This document shows positions 25,169 through 38,134 of a DNA stretch of 64,000 nucleotides, one piece after another (positions within the stretch are counted from its first letter, which is position 1; every line of letters starts with the position of its first letter). The position numbers and the translations under genes are program-made. Below the pieces are notes generated by a model. The model searched no databases. It saw nothing but the letters and a program-made list of their open reading frames with translations, and had not been told where the DNA came from. This DNA is from Malacoraja senta (Eukaryota), in the NCBI GenBank assembly GCA_038087875.1, contig JAXLNO010000073.1:62001-126000 (forward strand). Reading direction: 5' to 3'.

Positions 25169-25664
25169 TTCCAGCCACTAAACCCCAAGCACCGTGGTAG
25201 ATCAACGCTTACAAAAATAATCCGCTCTATGATCTTTGGCAGTCCAAAAGCGGCGAAGGAAAATGTAAAAAAATCCCCCCCCCACCCTCCCGTCTCCCCT
25301 GGACAGTGCTGTGTTGGACGCGGCTGTCTGCACCAATCGCTGACAAGGTCTCGGACAAATCCCGTCCCCGGAGACGTCATGTCCATTATTTGGCTTTACG
25401 ACGTTCGGTTCCTTGGCTCTTCCACGTCGTGTCCTTTAGGTTATTTGGTTTTTCGGCGTCGCGCCCGTTCGGTTATTTGGCTTTTCGGCGCCGCGTCCGT
25501 TCGGTTATTTGGCCTTTCGGCGTCTATTCGGTTCGGTATCTTGGCTTCCATTTCATCGCTTCGCCTTCTCGTCCATCGACGCCCCTTCTGGGTACAGATA
25601 AATTATCAGAATTAGAGGAACTCAGCGATCCAGTCAAAGTAAAGAAATGTATAGTTGAGTTTAG

Positions 25665-25980
25665 TTTAGCTTAGTTTAGCTTGGGTTACTTTAGCTAGAC
25701 TGTGCGGAAACAGTCATTTCGGCTCACCGGGTCCACACCGACCAGCGTTTCCCGCTCACGGGCACTATCCTACACACACGAGGGACAATGTTGACATTTA
25801 TACCAAAGCCTATTAACCTGTAAGCCTGTACTTATTTGGAGTGTGGGAGGAAACCAGAGACCTCACGCAGATCAAGGGGAGAACGTACAAACTCCGTGTA
25901 GACAATGACCCGTAGTCAGGATCCATCCCGGTTCTCTGGCGGTCTGCCGCAGCAACTGCACCGGTGCGCCACAATGCCGC
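25665..25980 (-). mobile_element. V-SINE
   Basis: Reverse copy with (gttta)n tail. Confidence 0.8.
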
Positions 25981-26747
25981 CGTCAATGTGTTATTATTTT
26001 ATTTAGTTGATTGTGGAATCATATAACTCTCTTGCACGGAATGTTAGCAGCTGAGAACATTCTAAACACATCTAAAAAATCCGCGCATGTTGTCCATTAC
26101 ATACAGAAAGGAAACCCCATTGTTCGAGAAGCGTACAGGTCCGCGAGTGTGTAACATGAGAGTTCACCTCGGTTAACTTCAATTCGTTGGTCCTCTTCAT
26201 CTAGTCATTACCACGGACATCCAATCCACTAACAACTCCATCCCCATCAGGAATGTCTCGGCATCTTCCGGTTCCTACAAGAAACAGATAACTAATTAGT
26301 TTCGTCGTCCGTATTAACTTTTCCTTAAACTTCTGTCACTTTCTTCAATTCGAACGTGCAGCCATAGCCACTCGCTTAGATCCCAGCTATGCCAGGACTT
26401 TCGTTGGTTACGTCGAGCCCTATTTTCCCCAAATGGTTTATTAAGAACCTGAGGGGTCACATCGAAACATAGAATCATAGAAACATAGAAAACAGTTGCA
26501 TCAGTAGGCTATTCGGATCTTCGAGCCAGCACCATCATTCAATATGATCATAGTTGCTCATCCAAAATAAGTATCCCGTTCCTGCTTTCCCCCATATCTC
26601 TTGATTCCGTTAGCCCTAAGAGTTAAATCTAACTCTCTCTTGAATATATCCATTGAATCGGCCTCTACGGCCTTCTCTGGGAGATAATTCCACAGATGTT
26701 TTCACACACAGGACGGTGAGTGTATGCAACAAGCTGCCGGAGGAGGT

Positions 26748-27720
26748 CGTTCTTGGTCTTGGTTTCTTGGTCCTCCAAAATATTCCAAATGTAATTTAAA
26801 CTGGAGGTGGTGGGGGAAGACTTAAGCCAGAAAGGGTTATTGGGAAGAAAGAGCGACATTAAATTTAGTTGCATCTGGTTGGGTAACTAAAGTAGGGTGG
26901 AGATTATTCCATGCTTTAATTGTGCGGGGGAAACATGAATTGCTGTACACATCTGTCTTGGTAGCTGGAATCACAAATTGTATCGAATGCCCTCGTCTGC
27001 TCCTAGTTGGTTTGGGTTTGGTGTAGGTCTTGTAATCTATGTCGAGCTGACCATTTAACATTTTGTAAAAGCAGGTCAAACGGTGAGCTTCACGTCTGTC
27101 TTGGAGATGGTTCCACGCCAGAGAATTCAGAAGTTTGGTAACACTCGCTTCTATTTCATAGGTGTTAGTAACAAATCGAGCTGCCTGTCTTTGGACACGT
27201 TCGATGGAAGAAATGTTTTTATTTGTGTATGGGTCCCATGCTGCAACTGCGTAGTCCAAATGAGGTCTAACGAGGGTGAAGTATAGCTTCTCCTTGACAG
27301 AAGTTGAACAATGATGAAAGTTGCGCCTCAGAAAATTTAGGACACCTGTTGCTTTCACCGTTGCATGATGAGTCTGACCATTCCAGCGCAGATCATTCTG
27401 CAATTTGATGCCAAGATACTTGGTTTGTTTGGATTCTTCAAGGGTGGTACCAAGTATATTGTACGATGTTTCGCCTGGATTCCTCTTTCTGGTGACATGC
27501 ATGGTTTCACATTTGGAATGGTTGAACTGCATGCCCCATTGTTGTGACCACTCAACGATTGTATCGAGGTCCTTTTGGAGAGCATCTTCATCATCAGATG
27601 ACTTAATTGGAAGGTACAGCAAACAATCATCAGCGAATAGTCTGGTCGTGCTTGCGACTTTTTCATGGATGTCGTTTATGTAAAGCAAAAACAGATGTGG
27701 GCCAAGTACTGTGCGTCAGG
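26748..27720 (-). mobile_element. 5'-truncated CR1/L2-group LINE of a distinct family, (CCAAGA)n tail, ORF open for 283 aa
   Basis: ORF 26837-27688 with 'LYINDI...RLFADDCLLY', 'LVRPHLDY...WDPY', 'FPRTIKAWNNL'. Interrupts a + strand CR1 3' region. Confidence 0.88.
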
Positions 27721-28040
27721 GACTATGGCAACTTCTAAGAATCAATTAGATATGTACATGAATAGGACAGATTTAGAGGTTTATCGGCCAAATGCAGGCA
27801 GATGGGACATTTACAGATGGGACATGTTGGTTGGTGCGGGCACGTTGGGCCTTAGAGCCTGTTTCCACGCTGTATTACTATATGACTTGATCTCCGAGTA
27901 TACCCCGGCACAATTACTCTGCTACGTCAACGTTTTTTACCGGAACTTTCTCCAGCACCTGCGCAGAACACGTGAATTTCGCCAACCTTACTGCTAACGT
28001 CTACTCGATCCTAAAATCCATTTGGACCAGCTCTAACACC

Positions 28041-28330
28041 GGCGGCTCGGTGGCGCAGAGGGTAGAGTTGCTCCCCTTCAGCGCGTGTACGTTCTCTCCG
28101 TGAACTGCGTGGGTTTTTCGCCGAGAGCGTCGGTTTCCTACCACACTACCAAGACGTTCAATGTTGTAGGTTAATTGGCTTGAGTTTGTATACTTGGTAT
28201 AAGTTTACATTGTCCCTGTTGTGTGTAGGCTTGTGTTAATGTGCAGGGATCGCTGGTCGGTGCGGACACGGTGGGCCGAAGGGCCTGTTTCCGCGCTGTA
28301 TCTCTAAACTAAACCTAAACTGAAATAAAC
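28041..28330 (+). mobile_element. V-SINE (internal deletion)
   Basis: ggcggctcggtggcgcag...taaactaaac. Confidence 0.85.
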
Positions 28331-28334
28331 CTCT

Positions 28335-28810
28335 CTTCCATTTGTCGATCACACTGTGTCCAGCAGAGAAGACAGACTATCGACTGACATCTACTACATA
28401 ACCGCTGACTCTCACATCTCGCTTGTCTACATCTCTTCCCACCCTACTTCTTGCAAGGACTCCATCCCATCATCTCAATTTCTCCTTCTCCACCGCATCA
28501 GCTTCCAAGATGAAGATTTCCACTCTGGGAAATCCGAGGTGTCCTCTTTCCTCTTTATGGATGGATCCCTCAACCCCTAACCACCTACCACAAACGGCGC
28601 AAGGATAGAGTCCCACTGGTTCTGACCATTTGCACCCCTTGTCTACCTGACCAACACATTATTCTCCAACATTCACATCGCCTTCAACGTGATCACATCA
28701 GGTGTCACATTTTCCCGTCGCCACCTCCTTCCGCTTACCCGAGAGACCACTCTCGACCTAACTCCAAAGTTCACTCATCCCTTCTCGCGCAAACCGCCGC
28801 TTCTCTTGCA
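28335..28810 (+). mobile_element. Penelope-like element RT C-terminal fragment
   Basis: 'LSTDIYY...DSH..L.Y.SSHP.SCKDSIP.SQFL...RI'. Confidence 0.75.
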
Positions 28811-28819
28811 ACCTTCTCT

Positions 28820-29125
28820 TAGTTTAGTTTAGTTTAGTGATACAAGGCGGAAACAGGCCCTTCGGCCCTCCGCAGTCCAGCGAGCCCCGTATATTAACAC
28901 CATCCTACACACACTTGGTGCATTGTTTATATTCACCAAGCTTATTTACCTACATACCTGTACGTCGTTAGAGTGTGGGAGGAAACTGAAGATCTCAGAG
29001 AAACTCCTCGCGGTTCCCACGGGGAGCAAGTACAAACTCGGTACAGACAGCACTCGTAGTCAGGATCGAACCCGAGTCTCTGGCGCGACAAGCACTGGCA
29101 GGCAGCAAATCTACCGCTGCGCCCG
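28820..29125 (-). mobile_element. V-SINE
   Basis: Reverse copy with (gttta)n tail. Confidence 0.85.
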
Positions 29126-29151
29126 CTTCGAACCTCGTTTGCTGCATATTG

Positions 29152-29345
29152 TACAGTGCCCTCCATAATGTTTGGGACAAAGACCCATCGTTTATTTAAT
29201 TGACTCCGTACCCCACAATTTGAGATTTTTAATAGAAGAAATCACATGTGGTTAAAGTGCACATTGTCATATTTTATTAAAGGCAATTTTTGTACATTTT
29301 GGTTTCACCATGTAGAAATTACAGCTGTGTTATACATAGCCCCCG
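29152..29345. mobile_element. Tc1/mariner terminal fragment
   Basis: TA|CAGTGCCCTCCATAATGTTTGGGACA, a Tc1-like terminus. No partner TIR seen. Confidence 0.6.
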
Positions 29346-30174
29346 CATTTTGCGTTCCAGCCCCTCTAACGCTCACTCCCCTTTTAGTCCATCTCCGAGT
29401 TTCTCCTTTGTCCCCGCTCTTACACCTCGCCTCCCGTTCTAATCATATCCCTCCCTTCAACCCCACATTTCTACCAAACCCTCCCTTCACCTGATATCCT
29501 TTTGACTCGTTTTCTCCATCCGTTATCACTTGCTACACCTATCTGCTAATCAAACCTCTCTCCTGTATCCACCTGTCACTTGCCAGGGATTTGCTCCTCT
29601 GCGTCATTCATTTTCAGCTCCCCTCACTCCATCAGTCTGAATAATGTGCAGGAAATAACTGCAGATGCTGACTGAAGAAGAGTCTCGACCCGAAACGTCA
29701 TCCAGAGATGCTGCCTATCCCGCTGAGTTACCCCAGCATTTTGTGTCGATCTTCAGTCTGAACAAGGATCCCGATCCGAAATGTCTTCTGTCCATTCCGT
29801 CCACAGATGCCAGCTTAGTTCCACCAGATAACTAATGTGCCCGCCACTGCAGCCTCGAGTGTCAATTGCAATAAGCAAACAGGAATCAAAATTATACCAA
29901 AATGCTGAGAAGGAAATTGCCGGAAAAGCATTTGCAACGATAAAGCTCTCCCAGGAACCCAATGTCATTATCACCTTGTCTCCTCAGTGTGACGACTGAC
30001 CCACTAATCTGCTCCGTTTTAAAATGAGAGAAACCGTAGAACAAGGAACTGCAGATGCGGGTAGATACACAAAATGTCGCAAATTGCTGGAGTAACCTAG
30101 CGTGTCAGACAGCATCACAGGAGAACGTGGGAAGGTAATGTTTCTGAAGACGCGTTTCCGCCCGACGGGTCACC

Positions 30175-30358
30175 GATCCACGTGCTGCAGAGATGCTGCC
30201 TGACCCGCTGAGTTACATCAGCACTTTGTACCTGTCCACGTTCTCCAGAGATGCTACCTGACCTGCTGAGTTACTCCAGCACTTCGTACCTATCCATGTT
30301 CACCAGAGATGTTGCCCGACCCGCTATGTTACTTCTGCACTTTGTACCTATCCACGTT
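30175..30358. repeat. ~56 bp tandem repeat (3 copies) derived from a Penelope-type terminal repeat
   Basis: Unit cagagatgctgcctgacccgctgagttac.ccagcactttgtacctatccacgtt. Confidence 0.8.
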
Positions 30359-30549
30359 TTATAAGGAATCATAACTTTATTAACTGCCAGTTTCCAAACG
30401 CATCTTTAGAACATGTGTTTAACATTGATATCCCATATATGCGATATTACGCTGAACATTGGAATATTTCATTTCTACACTTTGATACATTGCCCAGTAG
30501 AGTATTCGGTGGGATTTTATGATAAGGAAATGAACGAGCGGATATTCAA

Positions 30550-30860
30550 TGTTAGTTTCGTTTAGAGATACAGCGTGGAAACAGGCACCTCGGCCCACAG
30601 AGTTCGCGCCGACCAGCGAACACCCCGTACACGAACACTGTCCTACATACACGAAGGGCAATTAACAATTTTACTGAAGCCAATTAACCTCCAAACCTGT
30701 ACGTCTTTGGAGAGTGGGAGGAAATCGGAGCACCCGGGGGAAAACCCACGCAGGTCACGTGGAGAACGTAGAAACTCCGTACAGACAACGACCGCAGTCG
30801 GGATCGGACACGGGTTCCTCACACTGTTAGGCATCAACTCTACCACAGCGCCACCTTGCA
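30550..30860 (-). mobile_element. V-SINE
   Basis: Reverse copy of the consensus seen elsewhere in the window. Confidence 0.85.
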
Positions 30861-31072
30861 GTGATGTATCGTTGTGCAGCTTACTAGTTGCGGGTATTCA
30901 CCTTCGATGTTGGACCTTCATTAGAAAATGGCTACGGAGATGCCATTTTGGATGCATATTCTACATGGCCTGACGAAGTCGGCGTACCAGTCTTAAGCTA
31001 CAATGTCACCTCGTATTTCTATTGTTTATTCTTGTCCAAATAGGATTTAAAGAGAACAAGTCGCTAACTAGA

Positions 31073-31977
31073 CTACCTGCGTACACATTTAACAATCTGC
31101 TGCACTGGAGATTTTACCATCGTCTTCAATTCGTTTCTGAATTTGCTTTGGGTCACCGCATAAATAAATGTGTTAGTGCAGCAGCTCAGAAGAAGAAGCA
31201 TGTAACCTGTTTCTTGGAGGATAAACAACGGGTCGTTATATCCAGAGTAATAATACGTCTCGGTAATCCGAAAGTACAGGTAATTGACCGTGTACGTGAG
31301 CCATAGCAATATGAAGTTGCCGGATATACTGAAGAGCAGAATGATGGATTTTCTCCGGTTTTCCATTTCAGGGTCGGGGGAATTTTCCGCGCGCGCATTA
31401 TCCCGCAACGCCTTGCGGACTCTGCTGGCCACGACGATGTACCTTACGGTCAGCGCATTCAGCAGCAAAATAACAAAGAAGGGCAGGAACGGCGAGATGA
31501 TGCAGTCGAAGTCTGTAAAAGCTTGCCAGATGGGTGAGTTGTGAAAATCTGACCTTCCACGGCAGTACCAGGGCAGGTTGTTGCTGAAATAAAGAGGCTC
31601 GTAGAAAAAATACCAGGGGATGTTTTTCAAACAGCCCAACGCTGCCACGGTGCCCACAATATAAGCTGAAATTCTTTTGGTGCAGTATTTGGTTTTCAGG
31701 TTCTGACAGCAGATGGCGACAAAACGATCGAAGGTGAAGGCAACGGTCAACCAGACCGACGTGTCTCTGGATGCATAGACCATCGGTGTCTTTATCCGAC
31801 AGACCCAGGTGAGCGACAGGTAACTCCCGGAGAAGTAAATACCCGTGATGCGATGGAGTAGAACGCCGGTGATGACCACGGTAAGATCGGACGCCGCCAT
31901 GGCCACGAGGTAATGGGTGATGCACCTAGAAAGACCACACTTCCCCCGCGACAGGATCACAATAGCCAAGATGTTAA
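31073..31977 (-). CDS. GPR139/GPR142-like GPCR gene B, exon 2 (spliced product 324 aa)
   Basis: CAG acceptor at 31980-31978. NILAIVILSRGKCGLS, YLVAMAASDL, SVWLTVAFTFDRFVAIC, DPEMENRRKS, SCCTNTFIY. 70+905 nt splices in frame. Confidence 0.93.
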
Positions 31978-32009
31978 CTGTGCGGAATGCAGAGGCAAAC
32001 ACAAGTTAT

Positions 32010-32490
32010 TGTTACGGGTTGCGTTGGAAGGAACTGTAGATTCTGGGTTAAACCGATGATAGACACAAAATGCTGGAGCAACTCAGTGGGACAGGCAGAA
32101 TCTCTGGAGAGAAGGAATTGGTTACATTTCGGGTCGAGGCCCTTCTTCATTCTCCATCTTCCTCTGAAGAAGTGTCTCGACCCCACGCGTCACCCATTCC
32201 TTCCCTCCTGTTTGTTTTTACCATGTTTTACCCAGAAGGCCGAGACCATTGTTCAGACTGTGAGTCAGGGGAAAGGGAAATGAGAGATATACACGGTGAT
32301 ATCGAGAGATAAAGAACAACGAATGAACTATACACAAAAAAAAGTTACGATAATAAAGTAAGCATGTCATTGTTAGCTGTATTCAAAGTGAAAACGAGTT
32401 ACAGTCAATGAGACTCAACAAGACGAAGTTGAAGCTAGTACAACGACTTGGGTGGGGTGGAGAGAGAGGGGATGCAAGGGTGTTACTTGA
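32010..32490 (-). mobile_element. Penelope-type terminal repeat fragment in the gene B intron
   Basis: ggaaggaactg.agat.ctgg...tttcgggtcgag repeat; matches the sequence that follows the GIY-YIG remnant at ~62040-62360. Confidence 0.65.
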
Positions 32491-32899
32491 GGTGATGCGT
32501 GGAAGTAGTAATGTGCCTTCAAAGTGGTATGCGTCAAACTGCTGCCTGTAGACGCTCTATACAGTCTTTTCATGTTGCATTACGGCATAATAATCCTAAT
32601 TAATTTCATTATTTTCCTGTAAACAATGTAATTCTTTGACTTTAATACTTGACATCAATGTATTTATGGTTGATCGAAGAACCCAGTCCTAATGACCTAA
32701 ACGAAGAAACATAAAAGGAGACAAAGGTTGGATACCAGACGATGGAGCAAGCACCCGGACCTCTACCATGCTTACTCGATCACTGTCCTCAATGTCCTCA
32801 GCTGTCGGTTGCGAAAGATTCGACGTTCCCACAGCCTAAATTGTCGTTTGAGACTCAGAATGGCAGTTAAATGTTCTCCACGCATTGAGAGAAAATATT

Positions 32900-33205
32900 T
32901 AGTTTAGTTTAGATTCTGTTTAGAGATACAGCGCGAAATCAGGTCCTTCGGCCCACAGAGTCCACGCTGTGCAGCAGTCCCCGCACACACTATCCTACGG
33001 ACTAGGGATATTTTACAATTTTACCGAAGCCAATTAGTCTACAAACCTGTACGTCTTTGGAGTGTGGGAGGAAAGCGGAGCAGCATCGGAGAAATCTCAC
33101 GCAGGGGACGGGGAGAACGTACAAACTCCGCACTTGTAGCCAGAATCGAACCCTGGATGTCTAGCGCTGTAAGGCAGCACCTTTACCGCTGCGCCACCAT
33201 GACGC
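32900..33205 (-). mobile_element. V-SINE in the gene B intron
   Basis: Reverse copy with (gttta)n tail. Confidence 0.85.
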
Positions 33206-33612
33206 CCTCCCTCTATACATCTTCATTGAAAAACACTTACTTTGAAATTATTCCCTCCCTTCAAGTTTCCCTTCAACAGAGAACCCTCCATTCCATCCAC
33301 CCACCTCGTGCGAAATCCGAAATAATGATAAACCCTCTTAGATATTTAAATGTAGGAAACACATAAAATGAATATATTTCAGATTCGGACTTGCGTAAAC
33401 ATCCTACCGAATGAACGTGATAATCCTTTCATCGTTAAAAAAAATCTGAGACGATTTGGCAATTTCCTTAATCCAATATTCACTCGATGAGAACAAAAAA
33501 TCCATAACATTTCACAGAATATATGCAAAAACGGTCCAGACACTCGGATTATATAACAAGATAAAGATCAAGATCGCATATTAAATCAGGTTTATACAAC
33601 ATGGTATATTAC

Positions 33613-33682
33613 CTGGTATTCCAAGAGCGGCCAAGATCGGATAATATATTGCATACACAGGGCCACTAGGGGGCTCATGCAT
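33613..33682 (-). CDS. GPCR gene B, exon 1
   Basis: MHEPPSGPVYAIYYPILAALGIP, then CCAG|GTAAT phase 1 donor; 70 nt. Confidence 0.9.
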
Positions 33683-33732
33683 CTTAAACTGTATTACAGT
33701 TCTTCTGCCTGGATGTATGATCCGGAAAGCAG

Positions 33733-33761
33733 TTTATATATCTATCATAACATCCCCAGTG
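33733..33761 (-). promoter_or_regulatory. Putative core promoter of gene B (CACTGGGGA plus TATATAAA)
   Basis: TATATAAA about 50 nt upstream of the ATG; the upstream 9-mer is shared with the paralog at 48020. Confidence 0.55.
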
Positions 33762-34215
33762 GTAACAATGGATTGAATAATTAGTGTCGTCAGTTCTACC
33801 CGTTTGCACAATCAAATTGGGAGAGCTAATAATATCACAAGTGCGAGTTGTTCAGTTTGTTGGCACGTGATCAATGCACAATACAACTTTGTTATTTCAT
33901 GGGGCAATCAACCCGAAAATGGAAGATGGAAGATGGCGCCATGCCGCGCCTAATGTGAGTCTAAGCCTGGATCAGATCTCAGGACGAACGTGATGCCGCC
34001 ACTGACCTGGTGGCGAGAGGAGGCTTTGAAAATTCGATGATCCGCAGAGCGTCCAATTCCCCTTTGCACAGAATCACGAATTTCGTGGTGCACAAGAAGA
34101 AGCAAGTCAAGTCTGTACCGATTCTAAATATGACCAACCCAGCGAGTTATTGAGTCATAGAGTCATACGCCGTGGAACAAAGGCCTTCGGTCCAACTTGC
34201 CCACACCGACCAACA

Positions 34216-34942
34216 TAATAACCTCCTACTCAACACATCAAAAACACATGAACTTATCATTGATCTCAGACGTAAGGCACAACCCAAGACCCCCCTACTC
34301 TTCTCTGGCGAACACATATCCGACACTGACTCATTCAAATTTCTTGGCACTCACATTAGCAAAAACCTCAAATGGAAAATCAATTCAGATCACATTTATA
34401 AAAAAGCCAACCAAAGACTTTTCTTTCTCCGTCAGCTCAAGAAGTTCAGAGTGAGGAAACATCTCCTAATCCGATTTTACACAGCCATCATCCAAAGCAT
34501 GCTCACTTCGTCAATAACAGTTTGGTACAGCAGTTTAGACACTCACTCCCGTAATAAACTACAGCGCATTGTCAACAAAGCATCCAAAATCATCAGCACT
34601 CCCCTCCCATCAATAGAATCACTCAATCTCAAACTGTCCGTGTCAAGGGTGAAGAAAATCATCTCTGATCCCTCCCACCCAGCTCACCACATCTTCCACC
34701 TGCTGCCGTCACGAAGGCGCTACAGCTCACTGCCCGCCAAAACATCACGATTTAAAAACAGTTTCTACCCATATGCAATTCGAACTCTGAACACTCTATG
34801 ACAACATCACATAGCCACCTTGTGCATGTACTGTATATTGTATGTTGTTGTGTTTTATGTTATATTTGACGGGAATCAGCCTATTGTGTAACATCCTGTA
34901 CTGGACATGAATTCCACCAGCTTGACTGTGTGGCCATTAAAT
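34216..34942 (+). mobile_element. 5'-truncated Rex1/Babar-like LINE (ORF open to 34801)
   Basis: 'NNLLLNTSKTHELIIDLRR...FKFLGTHIS.NLKW...KKANQRLFFLRQLKKF...RFKNSFYPYAIR', (AATCTG)n tail. Interrupts a CR1 3' end at accaacat|gtccc. Confidence 0.88.
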
Positions 34943-35221
34943 AATCTGAATCTGAATCTGATGTCCCATGTACACAAGTCCCATCTGCCTGTGTTTGGCC
35001 CATCTCCTTACAAACCTGTCCCGTTCATGTACCTGCCCAATTGTTTCACGAACGTTGCTATACTCCGTGCCTCAACTACCTCCTCTGGCAGCTCGTTCCA
35101 TACACCGACCACAATCTGTGTGAAAAGGTTACTCCTCATATTTCTAAATCGTTCGCACTTTACCTTAAAAATGTGTCCTCTGGTTCTCGATTCCCGCACT
35201 TTGGACAAGTGATTCTATCCG

Positions 35222-36165
35222 TATATATAACCATATAACCATATAACAATTGCAGCATGGAAACAGGCCATCTCGGCCCTTCAAGTCCATGCCGAACATT
35301 TGTTCCCCTAGTCCCATCTACCTGCACTCAGACCATAACCCTCCATTCCTTCCTCGTCCATATACCCATCCAATCTAATTTTAAATGATAAAATCGAACC
35401 TGCCTCCACCACTTCCACTGGAAGCTCATTACACACAGCTACCACTCTCTGAGTAAAGAAGTTCCCCCTAATGTCACCCCTAATCTTCTGTCCCTTAATT
35501 CTCAAGTCATGTCCTCTTGTTTGAATCTTCCCTACTCTCAATTGGAAAAGCTTATGCACGTCAACTCTGTCTATCCCTCTCATCATTTTAAAGACCTCTA
35601 TCAAGTCCCCCCTTAACCTTCTGCGCTCCAAAGAATGAAGACCTAACTTGTTCAGCCTTTCTCTGTAATTTAGTTGCTGAAACCCAGGCAACATTCTCGT
35701 AAATCTCCTCTGTACTCTCTCTATTTTGTTGACATCCTTCCTATAATAAGGCGACCAAAATTGTGCTCCATACTCCAGAATTGGCCTCACCAATGCCTTG
35801 TGCAATCTTAACATTACATCCCAACTTCTGTACTCAATGCTCTGATTTATAAAGGCCAGCACACCAAAAGCTTTCTTTACCACATTATCTACACGAGATT
35901 CCACCTTCAGGGAACTATGCACAGTTATTCCTAGATCCCTCTGTTCAACTGCATTCCTCAATTCGCTACCATTTACCATGTACGTCCTATTTTGATTTGT
36001 CCTGCCAAGATGTAGCACCACACCTTTATCAGCATTAAACTCCATCTGCCATCTTTCAGCCCACTCTTCTAAATGGCCTAAATCGCTCTGTAGACTTTGA
36101 AAATCTACTTCATTATCCACAACACCACCTATCTTAGTATCATCTGCATACTTACTAATCCAATT
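35222..36165 (-). mobile_element. Young 5'-truncated CR1 LINE nested in an older CR1
   Basis: Open frame 'ISKYADDTKIGG...LERRRLRGDLIEVFK...FFTQRVV' down to 35308; (ATATGGTT)n-like tail. Confidence 0.9.
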
Positions 36166-37754
36166 TTCCACATATACCTGATCTATTCCCCTCATGACAT
36201 TGTACATCTCTATAAGATCATCCCTTATCCTCCTGCACTCCAAAGAATAGCGTTCTGCTTCTTTCCCTCACATCACACACATTAAATAATGTCTTCAAAT
36301 ATCTATCATGCTTCATAGAACATGAATTAGTACAGCGCAAGAACAGGCCATTTGGCCCACAATGTCTCTGGTGAACAAAATACCAATTTTAACTATTCCA
36401 CGCTACCGGCACGTGTTGCACATCCGACTGTTCCCTGCGTAAGTGTATGTTTATCCTAAAGCCCCTATAATGATGCTTAACGATGCATCTGCTTTCACCA
36501 CTACCGCTGGCAGTGCGTTCCAGGCACCCATTCCTCCCTGTGTAACAAACCTTCCCCTCACACATCCTTTAAACTTTCCCCTTCTGACATTAAAGCAACG
36601 TCATCTGGTCTTTGACATTTGCACCCTAGGGGGAAATCCGTTCTAACAAGCCACCTTATCTATGCTTCTCGTAATGTCCTATATTTGTATCAGGTTCAAG
36701 TTACAATTTACAATTTCGATATTTTATAGATTAGAGAGATAATGGTGGGGGAAACGGCACTGGGGCTGACGTGCAATTTCCACCAAAATTATACGAGTGA
36801 TCGATTGCGTGTTAATAATTAACTTCAACGTTGTTTGTTAAAATTGAATTGTATTACCAGCAAACCTCGGCCATATCCCGACAGGTCATAAGGTCAGAAG
36901 TGATAGGAGCAAAATTAGGCCAACGGCTCTTCAAGTCGACTCCGTTATCAAATCATGATTGATCCATTGCTCCCTCCCAACCCAATGCTCATACCTTCTC
37001 CACCTCAACTTGACACTCATACTAGAATCCATCTATCTCTGCCTTTAAAATATCCAGTGACGTCCTCCACAGCCTTCTGTGGCAAAGAATTCCACAAGAT
37101 TCACCACCCTCTAACTAAAGACATTCTATCTCATCTCCTTCCGAAAGGAACGTCCGTCAAATATGAGGCTATGTCCTCTATTCCTAGGTTCTCCCACTGG
37201 AGGAAACATTCTCTCCACATCCACTCTATCCGTCTTTCGTGATTCGGTACGTTTCAATGATGTCCTCCCTCATTCTTCTAATCGCCAGCGAGTACAGGCC
37301 CGGTGCCGTCAAAGAGCAGGCTTGGCTGGGCCGCTGCGGAAGATGCGAGCCGCCTGGAGATGTCCGAGGCTCGTCTCCTGCTCGACCCCGAAGACCTGGA
37401 ACAGATGAGGAGGGTCGAGGGAGTCGGCGACGGCGGCGGCGGACGGTGAACAAAGGGTTGATGACCACCAGGGGCGCTGGGTAGATGGCCAGTCCTGCCG
37501 GCAGTCTGTTCGTTTTTTTCATTTTTTGTTATTTTAGTGTTTGTTAAAAGTTTGATTACAGGGAGAACGTGCAAACTCCATACAGACAGCTGCCGTAGTC
37601 AGGATGGAACCCGGTCTCTGGAGCTGAATGAAAGCAACTGTACCGCTGCGCAATACATACATTCGCTCAATTGTTAGATTTTTCCGGGTTGTATGCAAAA
37701 CAAATAATTTCACTGTACTTAGGTACTTGTGACAATAAAATATGATTGAATGAT

Positions 37755-38120
37755 TTTCGATCTGCCTGTGGACACATTTATCAATCTTATGCACCTGAAA
37801 TTTAAGCGTTGTCGTTATCTCTTCGCGTAATTACAACCGGGTCACGTAATTAATTAATGTATTTGTGCAACAGCTCAGAAGCAAAAACATATATCCGGTT
37901 TCTCAAGCATGAAAATCGGGTCGTCATGACCTGCGTAAGAAAGAGTGCTCGTAATTCTGTAATACTAGTAGTGTATCGTGATGTTAAACTAAAATAGTTT
38001 ACGGATATACTGAAGAGTACAATTATGGATTTCCTCCTGTTATCCATCTCGGGGTCAGGACTGTCCTCAGTCCCGGGCTTGCTCCGTAATGCTTTGCGGA
38101 TTTTATTCGTTACAAATATA
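37755..38120 (-). pseudogene. GPR139-like pseudogene C, C-terminal fragment
   Basis: 'EDSPDPEMDNRRKSIIVLFSISVN' and 'GYMFLLLSCCTNTLI', with frameshifts and stops. Confidence 0.85.
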
Positions 38121-38134
38121 CTGTATATCTAACT

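Noticed and set aside
35308..36243. 311 aa ORF as a host gene
   Set aside because: It is a CR1 RT C-terminus; the first ~27 residues come from the flanking older CR1 by chance in-frame fusion.
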